Positions 52,801 through 64,000 of a DNA stretch of 64,000 nt are shown here, piece by piece. Below the pieces are notes generated by a model. It did no database searches. It saw nothing but the letters and a program-made list of their open reading frames with translations, and was not told the DNA's origin. Origin of the DNA: Paraspadella gotoi (Eukaryota > Animalia > Chaetognatha); contig CM119268.1 of assembly GCA_051294375.1 (NCBI GenBank), positions 22,444,959 through 22,508,958 of the forward strand, read 5' to 3'. A program made the position numbers and the translations under genes. Position 1 is the stretch's first letter; every line of letters starts with the position of its first letter.

Positions 52801-55800
52801 GGTTCGCATCTGACCTCCGACAATCCTTTCCAAAATGCCTGACTATTCTTCTCTTGTTTACAAGTGATGCTTCCGCCGATTCGATAAAATCCTGATTTGC
52901 AATCGATGCTGCAAATTGCGTTGACTTCAGTTGAGCAGTGTGGCTCATCGGCATTAACGATAGTTGGAGATTGATCACATCTTGTCGAACTACATACAGG
53001 ATATGAGAAGAAACCTAATTGGTCTTCCTTATCATTTGTTTGTTGACAGAAAGATTTCAAATCATTTGGATTTGGTTTCCAGTAACCCTCCTTGCAATCG
53101 AATGTACAGTAACTCTTGTATTTATAGCTTACATACTTTCTGCAATTTCCAAGCAAAGTAGAAGAATCAACGAGAGTCGAGTAGATCTTGCAAGTTATCT
53201 CTTCACACGAGACTTCTTTCCCATTCCATTTCCCGACCTCTGATTCCCCACTTATTTCCTGCTGGCAATATCTAGTTTTGGGTCCTTTTCTGTAGTAACC
53301 GTCTGAGCAGCTGATGGAACAAGATTGGCCAGGATAAACGTTGCCTTCACTACAAGTTGAGGTGGAATGAGTTGGTTTTCTAAAGGAGCACATTACTCGT
53401 CACGACAATCTTTGCCAAAGCGACCGTTAGGACAAACGTTGGACAAACTCCGGAAAATCTATTGCAGATTTCGTTGTTGGCGCAGTTACAATATTTCGTG
53501 CAGCCACTTCCTGTTCGTCAGAAAAAAATAATTGATCTCACAATGTAATAAATTAATAGTAAAATATCGACTTAATGACATTTTTTTTTATATCGTTTAT
53601 ATGTTCATGGTTTTATATGTTAATATCGTTTTTGTTATTAAAAAAATGACATTTTTGATACATAGTAAAAAAGGAAAAAAGAAAACAAATTTTAAAAAAA
53701 AAATTTTGTTCAGTTTTTGTTTTTTGATTTTTGTTTTCATTTTGTATTCATATTTTTAATATGTAACTTATTTTTAAATGTTGCAACGAATCAAAAATTT
53801 TACTGACAAACTCCTTTACGGGCGGTGCACAGTCTCGTGGAAAAACTTATTCACGCTATTCTCATGCAAAATTTTTTACCTTGTGACCAAAATTTTTACT
53901 CTGTCTGATTACTAAGATATGCCTTTATATTCGAACGAACATAGGCTCTTTTTACCATGATGTTTTTTATCAGTAAGATAGCAAAGATAATCAAAATATG
54001 TAAAAAATCAGGCTAAAGGTAGCTTAAAACGGTGACAAAATTTCTTACCATCGTTATTGTAATTGATCTGGGTTAAACTTGTTCATTAAAAAAAATTATA
54101 TTCAAACTCAATTTACTACTAGAGATCAAGAGCTATCTTTTAAACCTATTATTTTTTATTTAAAAGAAATTTAAGGCATAACAATCAACCAATATCTCTA
54201 AATCAGAATGACAAAACAATATTGCTTTTTTTAGTTTTTGTATTCATTTTTGTTGGCTGTGACTTGTTTGGCGTTTAAGAAAGATCTAAGAGACATTTTT
54301 GGGAAAAGCATCTTCTTAGAACTTTAGGTATAAATTTTTATAAAAATATTTTAAAGTTTAGTATACTAAAATGATTTTTAATTAATTAAAAAGTTGAAAT
54401 TTAAATTTTTTGAAAAAACATTTGTCTCATAAAGATTATAAATAAGGAACTTGAGAAATAATTTTGCATTTTGAAAAAAAATCAGATTTTTTCCAATCGA
54501 TTTTGTCACAATCTGATGTTTTTATTTTTTGATTTATTTATTTTTTATGCAAAATTATAATTCTTCGTGAGCATGGTCTGAAAAAGTTTTTTTTTAAAAT
54601 TTGTCATTTTTTATCTTTTATATTTTCCATAAGTATTCAAGAGGGATATGGAGGACAGTTTTTCTTTATCTTATGTTATTGTGATCATTTGCTATTAATT
54701 TTTATGAATCATTATTTTAATAATAATACTAGGAAAAAACAGTTTTTGTTTGACAACGATTTATTTTGACACAATTTAGTCAGACATGTTTCGGCTCATT
54801 CATTTAGAGCCTTCATCAGTGTTTGACAATCAATATTTTGTCTCTGTTGAAGTAAGTTTTTGAGACAGAGAAAGAGAGAGAGAGAGAGAGAAATTGAGGG
54901 AGAGTTTCCAGCAAAGAATAAGGTAAGGGACAGTGGTCAGATCTGAGGACAGCTGAAGGTGAGGAGAGGGAAGAAGTAAGTCTTTTGAAAAATGAAATGA
55001 GAGTGGGAGAGAGAGAGAGAGAGCAAAGCAAAAATTTTTTAAACAATACATTTAGCAATGTACAACAGAGATAAAATGCATGAAATCTAAACATAAACTG
55101 AAATTAATGTTAACAATGAAATTAATAAGTTAGTAGAATAAAGTGAAATTTGAAATAGAAAATAAGTGGTGAGCGGATAGATAAGTGAAGAAAAGTGAAA
55201 GTAAGTAAAAGAAAGAGCTCTAAAAATGAGCTGCCCCCCCCCGGCCGGGCAAATGGAGGAGTTTGACGATAAAGTCGGTCATTGGCATGTCATAGGTTTG
55301 CGAGGGTATACTTGTAGAGTTTTGATATGCTTGGATCCGGAAGAGATCCGCTTGGGAAAATGCCAAGTGCTACTCGTATATCCCTTTGGCCTGATAAGCC
55401 TGCCGACAGCCCTCCTCTCACCTGACGGTGAGGCAGGCAGTTGCCTGTTCTGGTGTTTTGTACAGGAGATACAGACTCCTCTCCCTCCTCCTGTAGCCGT
55501 CGTTTTGGGCGACGCTCAGCGCGAGGAGAGTCGCGCCAAGTTGCTAAGGTTCAGGAAAGGTATCGGACGTCCATTGCCTGCTGAGAGGCCTTCCGCCTGA
55601 TTCCGTTGAGTGGGAACAGGGGAATCATTGTGCGGTTGGGGTGGCTCTGGGCGCTCCACCACCATTTGGATGAGCGAATCATAGCTTGGAGGGAGGTCGA
55701 ATCGTCCTCCATCACGGTTCAGAGAGGGTTCGAGAGCTTGATGTAGATTGCCTCTCTAATACCTCTAGAAAACCAGTTTTGGTCATGGGACAGCACGAGA

Positions 55801-58800
55801 CAGTCAGTTTCTCTGAACAGATGGCCAGAATTTGCCGTGTGCTCGGCAATGGCTGATAAGTAATGACCACGTGGGTCCCGATATGGCTTTGTGTGCTGCT
55901 TGAACCTATCTGTCAGAGACTTTCCTGTCTCGCCCACGTATGCTGCTTTGCAGGGTTGGTTGCCCTTCCCTGCACAGGCCGCCCAGTAGACGGCTCCTGA
56001 TGTTTCGGTCTGGGGATTTTGTCTTTCGGTTTCACCAATTGCTCACGTAAGGAGCCGCGGGTCGTCACTGCACTGGATATCCCCTGCTTTGCCAGCACCC
56101 GCACCAGTGCTTCAGTGATCCCCTGGTGGTAGGGGAGGGAGACATGACCCACGTTCTGAGACGCTTCTGCTTATCTCCCACTTGCGCTGTGGTGGGCGCG
56201 GTCGGTCCTTCAGCAGCAAGGTCTCGTTCGTCCTCCTGGGGGGCGGAGGTTGAACTTGCGTTAGCAGTACTTTGGCAGCCCTAGGTGGCCACTGCCCTCA
56301 GCCAGGTTCAGCCGGAACCTGGCCTTCTCGTAAGCCCACAGAGGGAACCATTGAGCGCAAGGCTCTTTTGACATGCTCAAGCCGGCGGCCTGGAGCTCGG
56401 GGGTCGACGGAATCAGCTGAGCTCTTCTGGTAAGGGATCTGACCGTGGCCAGCTTGTGCGACAAGGGAGCATGCGAATCGAAGGGAATGTATTGATCAGT
56501 ATGTGTTGGTTTGCGATAGACAGAAAATTCCAATGAGCCGCCCTCTTTGCGCTTTATAAGCACATCGAGCATTGGAATTTTACCATTCTCAATTTCTCTC
56601 TCTCCTCTCTCTCTTTCTCTCTCTCAAAACTTACTTCAAACAGAGACCAAAATTATGATTGTCAAACACTGATGAAGGCTCTAAATGAATGACCGAAACA
56701 TGTCTGACTAAATTGTGTCAAAATAAATCGTTGTCAAACAAAAAACTGTTTTTTCCTAATACCTCAAAACAACGAAAGGAGAGTATATACATAATATAAT
56801 ACTGAATGTTTTTATAATAAAAAAATTAATAATAAGTTTTCTTCCTCTTAAACATTGATAGGAATTATTTTTTTAAATGTATCAAATACTAAATTATAGA
56901 AATGATATTATTGTCAATATTAACAAAGAAATGGAAAGGTGAATTTGGACATGTTTATGACATAACAAGGCTAAGTGAGTAAAAGTTATGAAATTGATGC
57001 AGAAACAAAGAAAAAGCGACAGAAAGAGGTGAGGCAAAGAGTGAGAGCTAAAGAGGCAAAAGCAAAGTAAGAGAGAGAATTCTGATTGTTGTTTAAGATG
57101 CGAAGGTTGGCACGTTCGAGGCTACCACAAATATTTTTTTTTTGTAACCAGGAGACATCAGATAAGAAAGATATTGAATGTGACTGATTGATTGATTAAA
57201 TAATTAATTATATAGATAAATAAATTGATTCATTGAACAATAAATTAAATAATTTGACCTGATTAATTAATTATTGATTAATTAATTGATTAATTAACTG
57301 ATTAGTTATTTAATTAATTAATACATTTGTATTTCAAGTCGGATCTGCCCACAGTCATTTTGGTAATTAAATTAATTAATAATTAATTAATTAATAATTA
57401 ATTAATTAATAATTATTTCAAGTTAATTAATTATTTAATTAATTAATAATTAATTTATTCAAGTTAATTATTTAATTAATTAGTCAAATAATTATTTGAC
57501 CCGATTTCAAGGACCTCGATGATGAGAAGCTGTATAAATACAACAACAACGACGACGACGCCATTATGTGCGAAACCCACAGCAAAATCATTGCAAACGC
57601 AGAGCGATAAAATATAAATTAAATTAATAAACTAAAATTGATCTCTTTACTTTTTTTTAATTAAACCTACTTCCACTAGCCTGATTCCGTTGAAACTTGA
57701 ATTCCAGCTCAATGAACTAGTTTTTTAATCACGGACAAAATTTCAAATCAATTGATTTATCCAAACATAAAGTAATAAGACTTTAAAGGTACGGGAGAAA
57801 AGATGGACAGACAGACAGATGGACAGACAAATATTTAAAGTTTTTCGATATCAAAAACGACAGCTTAAACAAAGGAGAGTTCTGACTGCATTGTTTTTAA
57901 GAGATATTGTTGTTCACACATTATAGAATAAACAATCTTTCTTTTTAGTTTGAATTCTAACGGCAATTTATGTATTTAACTGTATCTTGGAGAGCATTAA
58001 AAGATTTTGCATTAATTTTTTATACATAACATACACGGAGTAATGACCTAGGATGAGAAACAGTAAAAAATGAAAAAATCAATAATGAAATTTTTTTTTA
58101 ACTGCATAGTTTATTCTACGAGACTGTACATCCGCGTCTTACCGTATTTCCCCTCGTTGCAAGATTTGTCATCATTGTCCATTTGTCTAACGAAAATGTC
58201 ATCGATAAAAATTCTTCCTCCATAGACGGATATTAGAAATATTTGTCAAATTCTTTTTAATATTTTCTTGATGCTGAATCCAACTCGAACTTTTTAATAA
58301 ACTGATTCCTTGACCATTGATGTGACACTTGCGCTTGACGACTTGATACAAAGTAAAGAAACTAAGACTCACATCGTTTTCTGAATTCACTTTAATCGTT
58401 TGCTGTCGTTCCGCTCGGTTTCTCAGCGATTTCCCTTCGCAAGCCGTTTTGCATTTTTCGTAGTCGTCAAAGCTTGTGCATCCGCCGTTTTGATTATCGC
58501 AATAGCACCAATTGTAGCCAACATTATCAACTTGGTGCATGAATTTCCGTTCTGCCTTAATTGATAAGCTGATAATCTTATTTGTGAGCTAAAAGAAACC
58601 CACTTTAAACATTTAATTACTTTCCCTGCAAATTCAGTGCTCTTCAAATGGTTCTGTTGTCTCGTCTCTTTACACACCCTCCTCCCGTTCTCCTCCTTTT
58701 CTCCAATCGCCAATGTCACATCCATCAAAGGCTTCTCCCAGTTCCCGATCTCGGCGCTTCCATTTCCGGCGCCGATTCTCCATCCGGCGCTGAGCGCCCC

Positions 58801-59316
58801 CTCGTGGATCCGCGACGTCGCCGAGTCAAAATCCACCTTGGCGAATTCGCAGGCGAAGCGGAGGTTGGCGCTGCAGGAGTGGGTCTGCAGACAGGGGGAT
58901 GCCGGGCTGGATGCGGGGCGAACCCAAGCCACGCAATCTGGGTCGGTCGATTGCGGTGGGCGACACCAACGGAGAGGCATTGCGTCCCAACTGCTCGTGT
59001 AACTGAAAGACTCTTCCTTTTGATTCATCCACGAGTCAATTCTCGATCCGCGCTTGAAGAGTCCCGTCCACACGAGAAGCTCGTCAGTTCCACTGACGCC
59101 CAACGCTCCGTCGTCCACGACATCCTTCAGTCGCTCGATGGAGAATTTGGAAGACGCGAGGCGGACGCCGAATTTGGCGGAGCAGCGGAAGACGGCTTCG
59201 GTCCAGTCGAGTCGCTCGTCCAGGATGGTTAGAGGAAGGATCTCGGATTGGAGAGAGATGGAGACGAAGAGAGAGAGAGGGAGAATGAGGATTTTGAGAA
59301 ACGAAAGGAGATTCAT
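49844..59316 (-). CDS. Receptor-type protein tyrosine phosphatase B (signal, C-type lectin-like, EGF, ~4-5 sushi, EGF-Ca, TM, PTP D1+D2); two exons, 59316-58143 and 53510-49844
   Basis: CTLD-like LDWTEAVFRC..RLAS..VWTGL..CVAW..SC...LRFACE; sushi-like CSISCSDGYYRKG..C...W; TM IVPLIGSVSLLILLGIIVAALVIYI; [10 protein letters not shown]; [10 protein letters not shown]. Intron 53511-58142 (GTAAG..CAG) splits CNEGKYG|SGCTKYCNC. Confidence 0.92.
54776..54826 (-). ncRNA. Minimal type I hammerhead ribozyme
   Basis: CTGATGA-A-GGCTC(taaatgaat)GAGCC-GAAA-CATGTC: conserved core, 5-bp stem II, palindromic ACATGT stem III and GUC cleavage triplet. Confidence 0.82.
56661..56710 (+). ncRNA. Minimal type I hammerhead ribozyme (second copy, 1-nt deletion in stem II)
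   Basis: CTGATGAAGGCTCTAAATGAATGACCGAAACATGTC. Confidence 0.7.
57225..57495. repeat. (TTAA)-type AT-rich low-complexity tract
   Basis: Direct reading. Confidence 0.85.
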
Positions 59317-60770
59317 GTTGATGAGAGAGAAAGAGAAACGTAGAATTTTTATTAATTGTTTTATTTAGTTTGCTGTTTTTACTGATGACCGTTTTCATTA
59401 TTTTGTCGCTATGTTCTAAATCTTAAATTTGTTACAAAGAAGGTATTTAAAAAGTCAGAAAATGTATTAAACGTCGAAAGATCGAAACGTTTTTCCATTG
59501 TATTCCCGGTTCCGCCCGCTTGTGAGATTTTTGAGTCACGTGACGAATCCGACTGTGAAAATAAAACTCGAATCTTAATTGTGATAATCGATTTTCTCTC
59601 TTCGTAGGAGAAACGAGGAATTTGACTCGGGATTTTCCCCCAAACCTGAATTAAATATGAATATGGACCCGCAAGCCTGTATTTCACTAATAAATTCCGT
59701 CGATCTATTGATAAAAATATTGTTCGACTTGATTTGTCGAGTAATTAATTTCACTAATTAAATAATTTGTTTCTGGTGCCAAACGTTTGCCGGTATATCC
59801 TAAACTATACTATAGGTTGATCGATTATCTATTTATTTCAAAAAATGATAGGCTCGTGTTAGTTTAACTGAAAAACTGGTATTTAGACATCATTTTATCA
59901 CATTGTTCACTGTCGGGGTCAGTATGTTTATAGATTAGTTTCCCAACACGCATATATCTTTACACTTTACAATCTACATTCAACATCGATGGCTCCATTC
60001 CTCTTTCTTATTTCGCCCGCAGGAATCGTCAGCTTTTTTCGTGAATCGATCCTCAGTTTGGCTTTTATCTATTTGTATTTACATTAAAATATTTTGAATA
60101 TGGAATTAAATTACAACTTAAATTTTCTTATAGGTGAATATTTATCATTTAGTTATTTTTTATCAGTTTTTTCTCTCTCTTATATTGCGTAGTGTTAGTA
60201 TGTTTTGACATTGAATGTTTGTCCAAATTCAACTTCATTGCTATCGAATAAAAAGGCTTATAATTTTTCACAAACCAGAGCGTGACTTGATATTTTCGTT
60301 TTTTAAAATACCCGAACCATAGCGTCGACTTCGTCTTCTTCGTTTCTGTATTTTTCCTTAAAAATAGCGTCTCTCTGTTTTTCTTGAATAGTTCGTCTTT
60401 CAAAGATGAACTTATTCCTATATTTATGAACCCCATTTCCTTTTGTTGCTTGATGTCATAACTCACAAATTTTCTAGGCATGAGTAAGAAGTAAATAGCT
60501 TAGATTATAAGAGCACATTTCTACGTATTTATGAGTCAGTCACTAAAAATTACTTACTTATTTCCTATTTCATTATCTACAAAATGCCGACGGACGTAAT
60601 GATCTCAGTAAATTATATATTCAGTGAATATTATTCACAGACACCATCACTGAAAAACCCACATTGTCATTTGAACGAGTCGCGACATTTTTGTAAATGA
60701 CTCACTGTTAATTTTAATTGTAGCTGAATCATTTCAACTAAGCGTAAAAGACTGGAATTTCCGTTGCATA

Positions 60771-60831
<61 letters not shown>

Positions 60832-61305
60832 ATCTTGTCTCACGCAGCCGGTGACGATCGAAAGAATCCCAGGATTTGAAAATAGAAATTAATCAAATTC
60901 AAGATTTCACATCAGATTTGTTATTTTGTTTTCACAATTCGGATCATATCAAGTTCTATCCAATTATTTTTTTTATTATTAGCTTGTGATTAATATTTAA
61001 CGCAAGAACTGAAAGCTTTTCCCATCTCCATCTCTTTCTTCTATCGCTGCTCTCTCTATTTCTCTCTCTCTTTCTCTCTCTCTCCCTCTCGGTCTCTTCT
61101 CTCTATTTTCTTCTCTCTCTTTCTATCTATCTCTCTCTTCTTTTCTCTCATTTCCTCTCTCTCTCTCTCCGTCTCTCTCGTCTCTCTCTGCTCATCTCTA
61201 TCTCTCCCTCTCTTCTCTCTCTCTCTGCTTCTCTTTTGTCTTCGTTCTAAATCTCTCTCTCTCTCTCTCCTCTCAAACTCTCTCTCTCCTTTCGCCGCCC
61301 CCAGG

Positions 61306-63016
<1,711 letters not shown>

Positions 63017-64000
63017 GTAAGGCACAGGTCATGGCCGAGGGATGGGGAATGTGGATGCGGGGGCACTATTTTCCAAAAGCGCTCCATTTTTGTTCCTAAT
63101 CCCTAAATTTGATTTTAATGTTAGTATTTTTTTTTGTTATATTTTTTGTTCTCAGTTTAGTTATTATTTTTTAAGCATTTTACAATCTTATTTTAAATAA
63201 TTATTGCTTTTTTATTGGTTTTGTTAATATTATTTTTGATATAAATTTGATATTTATATACAATGATAAAACATGTTTTTAATTGTAAATAAACATTGTT
63301 GTATTGAACTAAGTTCGGAGAATTCTAACTGACTGGGCTAATTCTGCGCATTCAAGACCAGATGAAATCGGGAATAAATGGCGCAGAAGAGACGATGGCG
63401 CCGGTCCAGACGCCCTGGAGATGCTGACGACAGTCTCGGCAGAACGACGTCGGCTAAGGCCGAAAGGACGACGAACTGCAAAGCCCAGGACTTGACGAAA
63501 TGTTGATGTAAGTCTGTTGAAGTTAGAAGTCCTGGGCAAGGAATAACAAAACATTACTGGATAAACGGATATTCGCCTCACCTCCCACTTCCAATGATAA
63601 GGCGGAGAGAAAAGATCAGAAGTGTTCATGGCGCCGGCCAAGTCGTTAGTGCAGACCTGGAATGAAGAATGTATAAATGTAGTCAACGATATGAAGAGGT
63701 CGTTTCTCCTCTTGTGTTGCCAACAGCAAATCATTAAAGCCTCTCTGCCGCCGAAACTCGGGATTGACATAAGACCTTTATGTATCTTCAGTCTAACCGC
63801 TCTCGTGACCGCTATACTAGAGCTATTTCGGCACTAGGGATGAGCTCCTTCGAATTATTCTGGTTCAGAATAATTGAGACGTGATGATAATACACGAGAG
63901 GTGCGAGCTGTTGTTGTCTTCTCGCTCACTCTGGTCACTTCTCTTTATTAATTGACTGTAGCGTTATTCTCTGGACTCTATATGGATTATTGGTTTCCCG

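Larger units (their letters stand above)
54731..56758 (-). mobile_element. 5'-truncated Penelope-like retroelement (RT C-terminus + GIY-YIG endonuclease) with inverted terminal pLTR segments
   Basis: MLDVLIKR..FSVYRKPTHTDQYIPFDSHAPLSHK; SLPYHQGITEAL; YVGETGKSLTDRFKQH..SAIAEH..GH..REAIYI..LNRDGG. 54731-54900 is the reverse complement of 56589-56758. Confidence 0.92.

Overview
This is metazoan (invertebrate) genomic DNA with AT-rich introns, GA/GAC microsatellites and N-gaps; the organism cannot be fixed from sequence, though a sponge or other early-branching animal is plausible. The draft assembly is noisy, with many single-base frameshifts. From left to right it contains: (1) a spliced COLGALT/GT25 galactosyltransferase (minus strand); (2) two tandem genes that each fuse two CD20/MS4A-like tetraspan domains (8 TM); (3) an ~8 kb-arm fold-back inverted duplication; (4) a frameshifted class-III-like (chuvirus G/gB-type) viral glycoprotein remnant beside an LTR-like segment; (5) two unidentified spliced genes; (6) a ~38 kb CLCA-like gene whose HExxH motif reads RLWAR and whose introns host four intron-containing tRNA-Met genes, an intronless C-type-lectin/EGF/sushi receptor tyrosine phosphatase and a polymorphic TIR element; (7) a second such RPTP with a single 4.6 kb intron carrying a Penelope-like element with two hammerhead ribozymes; (8) the 5' part of a tyrosinase-family gene. 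All family assignments come from manual motif recognition, not database searches.
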